From a virus (taxonomy: Duplodnaviria; Caudoviricetes), in IMG/VR virus record IMGVR_UViG_3300037076_000037, positions 1-27,473 of that record: 27,473 nucleotides of DNA. One strand, 5' to 3'. Positions 1 through 7,211 of this stretch are shown piece after piece (position 1 is the stretch's first letter; every line of letters starts with the position of its first letter). Made by a program: the position numbers and the translations under genes. The notes beneath the pieces were generated by a model that was not told where the DNA came from, searched no databases, and was given only the letters and a program-made list of their open reading frames with translations.

Positions 1-26
1 CACGACAACGAAGTGAGAGTGACCCA

Positions 27-311
27 ATGAAGCGTATCATCCTCGCCGCTACGGCGGCTCTCGCGCTGACCACTTCGGCCAGTGCGCTTGACATCACCGT
101 GCGGCAGCTCCCAACGAATATGTTCGTTCTGGGATCGTCCGCTCACATCATCAACATCCCGGAGCCAGTCGGCATCGTCGAGCGGGAACATCGCGATCTC
201 GCGATCTCGCGGTGGACCGAGCACTGCCATCCGGTCGCACATGCCGACGCTTATGGCGTTCGGCGCCTGACCTACGCGCATCCCGGTTGCGAGTTCGGCG
301 AAGGCGAGTGA
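27..311 (+). CDS. Hypothetical exported protein with N-terminal signal peptide
   Basis: MKRIILAATAALALTTSASA has a basic n-region, a hydrophobic h-region and an AxA cleavage site. GC3-rich codons; the next gene starts 1 nt after the stop. Confidence 0.75.
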   Translation: MKRIILAATAALALTTSASALDITVRQLPTNMFVLGSSAHIINIPEPVGIVEREHRDLAISRWTEHCHPVAHADAYGVRRLTYAHPGCEFGEGE

Positions 312-312
312 C

Positions 313-630
313 ATGAGCTTGTGGACCGAACCAAGCTATCCGGGAGATACGGTTCGCGAGGTTATGCTCCACCGTCGCGATATCCATGGCGGAGACCTTG
401 TCGAAGAGATCGGCACCATCTGTATCCAGCACTACGGCAAGAGTGTGCGCGTCGGATCGTTTCTTCCGGGCGTCAGCGCATGCTCGCCCGGCGATACGCT
501 GAAGACAGAGCCCGAGAAATCCGAATGGTGCACGTCTAGCTTTGCCGCCGACGATCTCTTTGACAAATATCTCGGCGAGGCGTATGAGGATTTTTGGCAG
601 AACTACTATCCGGAGCAGCACAATGGCTGA
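313..630 (+). CDS. Hypothetical protein
   Basis: 105-aa ORF packed tightly between its neighbours; no recognised motif. Confidence 0.7.
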   Translation: MSLWTEPSYPGDTVREVMLHRRDIHGGDLVEEIGTICIQHYGKSVRVGSFLPGVSACSPGDTLKTEPEKSEWCTSSFAADDLFDKYLGEAYEDFWQNYYPEQHNG

Positions 631-784
631 TCTCGAAGACATCCCCGCGTATCTGCGGATACCGCAGGAGGAACGAAAGGCCGCGTGGGACAAACTCCGC
701 TCGGATCGGAAACTACTGCCGCCGGAGCAGAAGCCCTACCGGCCCATAACTGGAGCAGCACCCAATGACGACCCCGACGCTTGA
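623..784 (+). CDS. Small protein (53 aa) starting MADLEDIPAYLR
   Basis: ATG at 623 with GGAG upstream, in frame with track ORF 542..784; overlaps the end of the previous gene. Confidence 0.6.
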   Translation: MADLEDIPAYLRIPQEERKAAWDKLRSDRKLLPPEQKPYRPITGAAPNDDPDA

Positions 785-1088
785 AGACACCATTCGCGAT
801 CTCGCCAAGCGCGGCGAGATCAGCCACATCAGCTTGACCCCGTCGCAGAACGGGAAGCTCTGGCGTGGATCGTTTACGATGTGCTCGCACTTCGGCGTCA
901 GCTTCGCTGAGGACGCGGACCCGGTACAGGCCCTCATGCTCGCGTTCACGAGCGCGAAGCTGAAGAAGCCCCGGACCAAGATCGACCTCAAGCCGAGCGC
1001 CGAGCCAGAGCCCGAGACGGGCGGCGTCACGATCGACTGGATGACCGGCGGGGCGGTCGAGCCGGACCCCCTCGACGATCTGATGTAA
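765..1088 (+). CDS. Hypothetical protein
   Basis: GGAG RBS upstream, GC3-rich codons; stops immediately before a promoter motif. Confidence 0.75.
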   Translation: MTTPTLEDTIRDLAKRGEISHISLTPSQNGKLWRGSFTMCSHFGVSFAEDADPVQALMLAFTSAKLKKPRTKIDLKPSAEPEPETGGVTIDWMTGGAVEPDPLDDLM

Positions 1089-1124
1089 TTCCCAGTTGTT
1101 TCCGGAGGCGGGGCGGGCTAAGTT
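1086..1124 (+). promoter_or_regulatory. Phage late-type promoter, copy 1 (TAATTCCCAG-TTGTTT-N17-TAAGTT)
   Basis: Same motif with an exact 17-nt spacer also at 3009, 14794 and 18571, always at a gene boundary upstream of a + strand gene. Confidence 0.75.
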
Positions 1125-1155
1125 CAACGCCCAATCCGCTACCGGAGAGACCGCC

Positions 1156-1395
1156 ATGGCCAAGCTCACTGCCAAAGCCCGCAAGGGGCTCAAGTCCTCG
1201 AAGTTCGCCCTCCCGGGCAAGAACGGCAAGCCGGGCAAGTACCCTGTCGAAGACAAGGGCCACGCCGACGCCGCGCTCTCGCGCGAGAGCGAGATGGTCG
1301 CCAAGGGCAAGCTCTCCCCGGTGCAAGCCGCGAAGATCAAGCACAAGGCCGACGCGGTCCTCGGCAAGCACGACTGCAAGTATCACAACTGCTGA
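1156..1395 (+). CDS. Small basic phage protein (resembles DUF6582-type)
   Basis: GGAGA RBS and ATG at 1156. LTAKARKGLKSSKFALP...KYPVEDKGHADAAL resembles a widespread small phage protein; family name is from memory. Confidence 0.7.
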   Translation: MAKLTAKARKGLKSSKFALPGKNGKPGKYPVEDKGHADAALSRESEMVAKGKLSPVQAAKIKHKADAVLGKHDCKYHNC

Positions 1396-1407
1396 TCGGA
1401 ACACGCC

Positions 1408-2316
1408 ATGAAGGATGCACTGGGCCACGGCTCCGACGCACACGGCCCCGGCATCGCGAAGGCGCTTGACGTGGGGGCCGCGCATCAGAAGATGCTTCAC
1501 GTGGTCACCGCGTATGATCGCAGGCAGGAAGCCAAGGCCCAGAAAAATCCGAAGGCATATTACAATCAGTATGCGCTGCCTCAGTACCTCGGAGCGGTCA
1601 GCCGCGTCCACGATGAGATGAAGGCGGGAAAGCCGGCCGCTGAGGCGATCAACAATCACATGAACGGCGCGCTCGCGCGCTCCGTCCACAAGGCACTCGG
1701 AGGAATTTTCGGACGCCAACGGCAGAGGAACGGCAAATGGCAAAAGACGCACAAGGTCACGGCAGCGACGGACGGGGCGGATCAATCGCCCCCAAGCCGG
1801 GCTCGCTCACGAGGCGCGGCAACCCGAAGGTCGCGGCCACACTGGCACGGCTCAAGGCAGCGCGCAGCGATCCAAATCATCCGCTGGGCGCTCTCGTTAA
1901 GGCGGTCAGTAGCGGGGGCCAGCCAATCGCTGGCAATCCCGCTGCGGCTACCGAGCTTTCGAGCGGCCCGAAGTCGGCAGCGGCTCCAGTTCACGACAGC
2001 ATGGCCGCTCTCGGACATGGCAGCGCCGCGCACGGGTCCGGGATCGAAGCTGCGGTCCCGACCGAATACGAGGGGGGCGAAGGCTCGTATAAAACTGCTC
2101 GAAGCAGTGAACGCAGAGCATAGCGCGGTCCTCAATGCTTTCCCAAAAGGTCTGATGGGGATGACACCGGATCACGTCAAGGCGACGCCAGAATTTCGGG
2201 TGGCCAAGTCGAACTTCAATAAGTCATTCGCGGCGCTCCGCGCCCACAACAGCGAGTTCGTCAAGCGGTTCAAGAAAGAAATTCAGACAGAACGGAACAA
2301 GAGGTACGCACGATGA
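1408..2316 (+). CDS. KDALGHGS-tagged protein; ORF looks chimeric (plausible domains at about 1408-1736 and 2078-2316)
   Basis: Starts MKDALGHGSDAHGPGI. The middle part is Arg-rich shadow translation overlapping ORF 1737..2123. The C-terminal part (GMTPDHVKATPEF...FAALRAHN) reads as real protein again. Confidence 0.6.
   Translation: MKDALGHGSDAHGPGIAKALDVGAAHQKMLHVVTAYDRRQEAKAQKNPKAYYNQYALPQYLGAVSRVHDEMKAGKPAAEAINNHMNGALARSVHKALGGIFGRQRQRNGKWQKTHKVTAATDGADQSPPSRARSRGAATRRSRPHWHGSRQRAAIQIIRWALSLRRSVAGASQSLAIPLRLPSFRAARSRQRLQFTTAWPLSDMAAPRTGPGSKLRSRPNTRGAKARIKLLEAVNAEHSAVLNAFPKGLMGMTPDHVKATPEFRVAKSNFNKSFAALRAHNSEFVKRFKKEIQTERNKRYAR
1737..2123 (+). CDS. KDAQGHGS-tagged protein with a second internal tag (MAALGHGS at 2001); possibly frameshifted at the G6 run 2072-2077
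   Basis: GAGGA RBS, starts MAKDAQGHGS. Removing one G from the run joins it to the 2078-2316 domain. Confidence 0.65.
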   Translation: MAKDAQGHGSDGRGGSIAPKPGSLTRRGNPKVAATLARLKAARSDPNHPLGALVKAVSSGGQPIAGNPAAATELSSGPKSAAAPVHDSMAALGHGSAAHGSGIEAAVPTEYEGGEGSYKTARSSERRA

Positions 2317-2771
2317 AAGACGCACTAGGACATGGAAGCGAAGGGCGAGGCCTGCATGCGGGCGGCGTCAACAAGATCGGAAACCTAGCGGTCCACCCGA
2401 ACGCGTTGCGCACCATCCAGAAAAATCCTTGGGGCGCGAGCGTCAAGCCGCAGACCGGCGTCTCGCCGACGACCGGGTACATGGTTTCGGTACCGGGTCG
2501 AACTCAAAGTCCGACCTCGGCGGCGCTCGCGGGTCCGCAAGGCGCGGGCATCATTCGCGACTATGCGCGCACCAACTCTGACCTGTTGCAACAGCCGGAC
2601 GCGCATATCGGAAGCTGGACCGACGACAAGACGGGCAAGACCCATCTCGATGTATCGCACAATATCCAAGACCGGACGGAGGCAATCGCCGCCGGCCGGC
2701 GCGGCAACCAAATCTCCATCTGGGATGTTGCCCGCAAGAAGCTGATCAATACGGGCGGCACGGGAGATTAA
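2313..2771 (+). CDS. KDALGHGS-tagged protein with an uncharacterised globular domain
   Basis: ATGA overlap with the upstream stop. Starts MKDALGHGSEG; contains GYMVS...IGSWTDDKTGKTHLDVS...NQISIWD. Confidence 0.85.
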   Translation: MKDALGHGSEGRGLHAGGVNKIGNLAVHPNALRTIQKNPWGASVKPQTGVSPTTGYMVSVPGRTQSPTSAALAGPQGAGIIRDYARTNSDLLQQPDAHIGSWTDDKTGKTHLDVSHNIQDRTEAIAAGRRGNQISIWDVARKKLINTGGTGD

Positions 2772-2772
2772 C

Positions 2773-3000
2773 ATGCGAGCTTCAACGAGCAACATCAAGT
2801 GGGATCGTGGCAACAGGAGCGTGACCGATGACGAAGTCGCTGAGACGCTTGCGAACGGCCATCCAAAGAGCAATACGCCCCCTACGCATGACGCTCAGGT
2901 ACTTTCAGGCTCGCCGGGCACGGGCGCGGCTCCGGGCGCGAACGGACCGCCTACGACAGGCGCGTCGGTAGGTCCGGGCGGACCACTGGGCTCGATATAG
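2773..3000 (+). CDS. Small Gly/Pro-rich protein
   Basis: GGAGA RBS. Shares A-x-x-L-x-x-G-(H)-PKS-x3-P-x-HD with ORF 1737. Confidence 0.7.
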   Translation: MRASTSNIKWDRGNRSVTDDEVAETLANGHPKSNTPPTHDAQVLSGSPGTGAAPGANGPPTTGASVGPGGPLGSI

Positions 3001-3008
3001 CCCCGCGC

Positions 3009-3047
3009 TAAATCCCAGTTGTTCCGGGGGCGCGCTCCGCGTATGCT
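3009..3047 (+). promoter_or_regulatory. Phage late-type promoter, copy 2 (TAAATCCCAG-TTGTTC-N17-TATGCT)
   Basis: Matches the four-copy motif; intergenic. Confidence 0.75.
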
Positions 3048-3083
3048 TGCGACGAAATTCCAACTATCGCAAGGATTATGCAC

Positions 3084-3458
3084 ATGGCTGTCAAAGGATC
3101 AGGAACCGTCGCGAAGACCATTGATGCGCCGATGCAGGATCGCATCTCCAGCTCGCCCGTTAACCCGCGCGCTGGCGCGGCGAAGCGAACCCAGACCACA
3201 TTCCCAGTCAAGCCCGGCATGAGGGACCAGACCGACGCCTCGAAGCTTCGCGGCATCTCGCCGACGAGCCCGGGCTTCAGTCATGCGCCGGACGCCTCCA
3301 GCCCCAATCCGCTCGACCCGTCGCCGACCGCCAAGATTTTGCGCAAGCAGCCGCAAGTCCTCAAGTCCACGTGGGGCATGCTCGACGCGAACAAGCAGAG
3401 CGTCAACGGCAATCTCGGCAAGGCCATCCTTGACGAAGCCGGCCGCCTCGGAAAGTAA
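3084..3458 (+). CDS. Hypothetical basic, Pro/Ser-rich protein
   Basis: AAGGA RBS upstream; start at 3084 or 3078; GC3-rich. Confidence 0.75.
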   Translation: MAVKGSGTVAKTIDAPMQDRISSSPVNPRAGAAKRTQTTFPVKPGMRDQTDASKLRGISPTSPGFSHAPDASSPNPLDPSPTAKILRKQPQVLKSTWGMLDANKQSVNGNLGKAILDEAGRLGK

Positions 3459-3461
3459 ACG

Positions 3462-3599
3462 ATGCTCCCGGTCTGCACGTGGCATACGCTCTGCGGATTT
3501 TTCCTCGCCGCGTTCGGGGCCGCGACAGGCTGGGGCATGGGCCTGTTCGTTGTGGCCCAAGTTACGCGAGCGATCGTGCGACTGTTCGGCCTAACCTGA
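3462..3599 (+). CDS. Small membrane protein (45 aa; not in ORF track)
   Basis: MLPVCTWHTLCGFFLAAFGAATGWGMGLFVVAQVTRAIVRLFGLT* fills the gap between neighbours and is hydrophobic. Confidence 0.55.
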   Translation: MLPVCTWHTLCGFFLAAFGAATGWGMGLFVVAQVTRAIVRLFGLT

Positions 3600-3611
3600 A
3601 AAGAGACGATC

Positions 3612-3896
3612 ATGGCAACTGATGTTGTAGGCAGCAAGATGGCCTCGAAGAACGGCTACGGCCAGAACGGCTATAGCGGTGCGTCGAGCGACACTCCCGG
3701 TCAGCATACGACCTCCGGCTTCTTGCCGCAGGCAACCCTGCCAGCCGACTGGGGCCAGACGCGGCCCGTCTCCCCCGAGCAGAAAGTCCCGACCACGAAG
3801 GGCATGCGTTCGCGCAACGACGAAGGGGGCAAAATCCCGGCCGTCAATACCCGGCGTACCCGCGCGCCCCTGACCAATCGTTCGTTTCAACGATAA
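3612..3896 (+). CDS. Hypothetical low-complexity protein
   Basis: Purine-rich RBS; contains NGYGQNGYSG; fits the gene tiling. Confidence 0.7.
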   Translation: MATDVVGSKMASKNGYGQNGYSGASSDTPGQHTTSGFLPQATLPADWGQTRPVSPEQKVPTTKGMRSRNDEGGKIPAVNTRRTRAPLTNRSFQR

Positions 3897-3916
3897 CCCC
3901 TACAAGGAGAGCCCAA

Positions 3917-4228
3917 GTGTTGAAACTCGCAACGGCGCTAGTCGCCACGTTGTTCGTTCTGTCCCCCGCACTCGCCAAGAATATGACCGTCGCTCCGCCC
4001 AAGGCGCAATGTCTCGCCCCGGAAAAATTCCCGGACGCGGTCAAAGTCGCTGGCGATGATCTCACCAAGTTCCGAGAGATCGCTGTCGGCCTCCCCGCCC
4101 AAGTCGATCTCGTGCTCTTACTCAAGAGCGCGCCAGTCGCCGTCGCATTCGTCAAAGGCTGCGCGGTCGGTTACGGACAGCTTGGACCGACCCCGGCGAC
4201 GAAGCCCACCGACGACGGTACAATCTGA
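3917..4228 (+). CDS. Hypothetical exported protein with signal peptide
   Basis: AAGGAG RBS; LKLATALVATLFVLSPALA signal peptide; two Cys residues in the mature part. Confidence 0.75.
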   Translation: MLKLATALVATLFVLSPALAKNMTVAPPKAQCLAPEKFPDAVKVAGDDLTKFREIAVGLPAQVDLVLLLKSAPVAVAFVKGCAVGYGQLGPTPATKPTDDGTI

Positions 4229-4383
4229 TGGGCAAGATCAAAGTCAATACGTGCGCGCCGTCGAGCCTGCACAAGCGTCTTGAGCGTCAGCTCGCTGGTA
4301 TCGAGAAGCACCTCGAAACGTCCCCCAACGACAAGCTGAGCCAAGCTCGCGCGAGTGCTATCCGCTCCGAACTCAGCAAGTGA
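4228..4383 (+). CDS. Small helical protein (51 aa; not in ORF track)
   Basis: TGATG coupling with the upstream gene; MGKIKVNTCAPSSLHKRLERQLAGIEKHLETSPNDKLSQARASAIRSELSK*. Confidence 0.65.
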   Translation: MGKIKVNTCAPSSLHKRLERQLAGIEKHLETSPNDKLSQARASAIRSELSK

Positions 4384-4390
4384 GGATGCC

Positions 4391-4606
4391 ATGGGCAATT
4401 GTTTGATCGCCATCGAAGTCACGGGATCGCATCACAACGGCGAGCCGGCCGACATCGATCAGATGGCCGCCGTCTTCGTCGGGCTGCTGAAGGCGAAGGG
4501 ATATCACGTTTCTCATGCCGCCCTGAACGTCGGCGGAGGATACGATCTCCAGATGAAGGGTTTCCCGCTCAAGGCGGATGAGCCCGAGTTCTACAAGCGA
4601 TCCTGA
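4391..4606 (+). CDS. Hypothetical protein
   Basis: GAGGA RBS and ATG at 4391, in frame with track ORF 4355..4606. Confidence 0.7.
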   Translation: MGNCLIAIEVTGSHHNGEPADIDQMAAVFVGLLKAKGYHVSHAALNVGGGYDLQMKGFPLKADEPEFYKRS

Positions 4607-4607
4607 T

Positions 4608-4657
4608 GATACGTTTCCGCGTATATGGCTGAGCCATATACGAGGATCGTATCTTTT
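4608..4657. repeat. Long inverted repeat upstream of terS (terminator or DNA-level site)
   Basis: Perfect 11-bp arms CGTATATGGCT-g-AGCCATATACG inside outer arms GATACG...CGTATC, followed by TTTT. Confidence 0.7.
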
Positions 4658-4721
4658 CGCGAGCGCGCATGTGCGCCTCCCATCGGCTGGGCCGATGCAA
4701 TACCGGACGGGGGATATCCGC

Positions 4722-5552
4722 ATGAGCGGCAACGATATCGATCTTGAAGACTTGCTCGGGCCTGATCCGATCGACCCTGAAGCAGAAGAGCTAGTTGATG
4801 TGGCCCCGCCGTCGCCGACATCGCGGCCCATGGGAGAGGCTAGCCGAGGCGTTCTCGAACGCTCGCGTAGCTACCCTGTCAGCCGTGCCGCCAAAAAGAA
4901 CACCCCCGAACGGTTCGCCCGCTTGCTCAGCAACATCGCTGACATCCCAATGGCGTCGGACGCCGCGCGCCGCGCTGGCATCAGTTTCTCCCAACTCAAA
5001 TACTGGCTACAGAAATCTCTGGAGGGCTTCTCCGGAGACGGCTACGATGTGGCGCTCCCTGACGGCGAAGATAACGGCACCCCCAATAACACCGAACGGT
5101 TTCACCTCGCATGGGATAATGCGATGAGGGTTGGGCTCGGCAGGGCCGAGAAAGCCGCGTGGGCACTCGGGGTCGGGTACAACGAAGTCCAATCCCACAA
5201 GGGCCGGGTCCAATACCAGATCGACCCGGATAAATACGAGCTGTTCGTCCTGCTTGGCGTCCCTATCGACGAACGAAATCCCCAGCTATGGCTTCGAGAT
5301 GAGTTCGACGCTCCGGTCCCGGAGACGATTTTCAAGCAAGACCCCGACATGCTCAAGTGGATACTCGAAAACCGTATCCCGAAGGAGTACGGGAAGCGCG
5401 CCACTGTTGACATGAACGTCACTGGCGGCGTGCTTGTCGTCGGAATGCGCGCGGCTACATCGGAAGCCCTCAACGAAATTGAAAGCGCGTATCGCAAAGA
5501 GGGCCGACCGGCCGTCACCTTCGATGACAGCATTGAGGGTGACGAGCGATGA
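4722..5552 (+). CDS. terS: Probable terminase small subunit
   Basis: Directly upstream of terL with ATGA overlap. HTH-like DAARRAGISFSQLKYW and C-terminal MLKWILENRIPKEYG. GGGGGA RBS favours the start at 4722. Confidence 0.7.
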   Translation: MSGNDIDLEDLLGPDPIDPEAEELVDVAPPSPTSRPMGEASRGVLERSRSYPVSRAAKKNTPERFARLLSNIADIPMASDAARRAGISFSQLKYWLQKSLEGFSGDGYDVALPDGEDNGTPNNTERFHLAWDNAMRVGLGRAEKAAWALGVGYNEVQSHKGRVQYQIDPDKYELFVLLGVPIDERNPQLWLRDEFDAPVPETIFKQDPDMLKWILENRIPKEYGKRATVDMNVTGGVLVVGMRAATSEALNEIESAYRKEGRPAVTFDDSIEGDER

Positions 5553-7138
5553 GTTTCCCTACCGTAGAGAAATTTGTCCTCGACAAAGACGGGGCCTATG
5601 TCCCGTATTATCGCGATGCCAGCGGCGTGCTCAAGGCCGCCGTATGGTGTCCGCAACCGGGCTCGCAGGAATTTTTCCTTGCAGACCCGACGATGGAAGT
5701 CCTGTACGAGGGAACGCGCGGCCCCGGCAAAACTGACGCGCTGATCATGGACTTCTGTCAAGAGATCGGCAAGGGCTATGGCGCGGAGTGGAAGGGAATT
5801 CTGTTCCGGCAATCGCATCCTATGTTGCGCGACGTGATCGAGAAATCGAAAAAGTGGATCAAGCGCATCTGGCCGAATGCTATCTACAATGAAGTCAAGA
5901 CGATGTGGGAGTGGCCGACAGGCGAGCGCCTGTACTTCGCGCACTTCAACGTCCGCAGCGACTATGATAACTATCACGGTCACGCCTATCCGTGGATCGG
6001 CTGGGAAGAGTTGACCAACTGGCCGAACCCGGACTGTTACAAGAGCATGTTCTCGTGCTCGCGTTCGACGATCAAGGGAATGCCGCGTAAAGTTCGCGCG
6101 ACGACGAACCCCTACGGCGTTGGCCATAACTGGGTCAAGGCCCGTTGGCGGCTGCCGATCAACGGCGAGATTATCAATGGGCGCAGGCCGACTGTTGGCC
6201 CGCTCATCACGGACAGCGTTGATGCGGCAGGTATCAAAGAGCCGCCGCGTCGCGCTATCCATGGCTATCTCGATGAGAACGTGCTGTTGCTGCATTCGGA
6301 CCCCGAGTACAAGAACAAGATCAAAGCGTCGGCCCGAAACTCATCCGAGCTTGCGGCGTGGATGGACGGGTCGTGGGACATCGTCGCGGGCGGCATGTTC
6401 GACGACATCTGGTACGAATACCGGGATACGATCATAGTGCCGCCGTTCGATGTGCCGCCGGGCTGGAAAATCTATCGGGCCTATGACCACGGATCATCGA
6501 AACCATTCTCAGTCGGCTGGTACGCCGTCAGCGATGGCACCGATCTAAAGCTCCGGGATGGGCGCGTTCGGGCGACTGTGCGTGGCGACCTATTCCGTTT
6601 TAAGGAGTGGTACGGGTGGCGCGGCCAACCGAACGAAGGCTCGCGCATGCTCATCCCAGATATCGCAAGGGGTATCATTGAGCGGGAAGTCAAGTGGGGG
6701 CTACGCGATCCGCAGGGTACGTGGACCCGTGTAAGTCGCGGACCGGCGGACAGCGCGATCTTCGATCCCGATCAGAAGGCGACGACGGTATCCATCGCCG
6801 ACGACTTCGAGAAGCCGGTCACGATTAACGGCGTCAAGTTTCGTGGCATCTTTTGGGAGCGCGCTGACAAGGGGGCCGGATCGCGTGAGCAAGGCTGGGA
6901 ACAAATCCGCAAACGGCTAAAGGCGACCAAGCGCCCGCCAAACGGCTTCCGAGAAGTCCCCGGGCTGTTCGTCACGACGGAATGCGTCCAATGGCTGCGA
7001 TGCGTGCCGGTGCTGCCCCGCGACGAGACCGAGATCGATGACGTTGACGATGACGCCGAGGATCATAACGGCGATGAGACCCGATACATGCTCCGCTTCG
7101 AGGTTCGGACCGCTAGGTCCGGGCGCGTCGCGGCCTAA
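5549..7138 (+). CDS. terL: Terminase large subunit
   Basis: PQPGSQ Q-motif, Walker A YEGTRGPGKT, Walker B WIGWEE, coupling motif ATTNP, nuclease motifs AYDHG and EDHNGDETRY. Confidence 0.95.
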   Translation: MSFPTVEKFVLDKDGAYVPYYRDASGVLKAAVWCPQPGSQEFFLADPTMEVLYEGTRGPGKTDALIMDFCQEIGKGYGAEWKGILFRQSHPMLRDVIEKSKKWIKRIWPNAIYNEVKTMWEWPTGERLYFAHFNVRSDYDNYHGHAYPWIGWEELTNWPNPDCYKSMFSCSRSTIKGMPRKVRATTNPYGVGHNWVKARWRLPINGEIINGRRPTVGPLITDSVDAAGIKEPPRRAIHGYLDENVLLLHSDPEYKNKIKASARNSSELAAWMDGSWDIVAGGMFDDIWYEYRDTIIVPPFDVPPGWKIYRAYDHGSSKPFSVGWYAVSDGTDLKLRDGRVRATVRGDLFRFKEWYGWRGQPNEGSRMLIPDIARGIIEREVKWGLRDPQGTWTRVSRGPADSAIFDPDQKATTVSIADDFEKPVTINGVKFRGIFWERADKGAGSREQGWEQIRKRLKATKRPPNGFREVPGLFVTTECVQWLRCVPVLPRDETEIDDVDDDAEDHNGDETRYMLRFEVRTARSGRVAA

Positions 7139-7157
7139 GTTTCCCGTGTCAAGGACA

Positions 7158-7186
7158 TTGACAGAACATGGTTAATGAGCTAGAGA
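7158..7186 (+). promoter_or_regulatory. Putative sigma70 promoter upstream of the portal gene
   Basis: TTGACA-N17-TAGAGA in an AT-richer intergenic gap; GCTAGAGA resembles the alphaproteobacterial -10. Confidence 0.5.
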
Positions 7187-7211
7187 GCCTAGCCCCCGGA
7201 AGGATACGCCC

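Noticed and set aside
3462-4228. Small membrane and exported proteins as a lysis cassette
   Set aside because: No endolysin motif or lipoprotein spanin signature is visible nearby, so a holin or spanin call is unsupported.
4578-4721. Longer terS start given in the ORF track
   Set aside because: It overlaps the previous gene and translates a palindrome (RIWLSHIR on both strands); the ATG at 4722 has an RBS.
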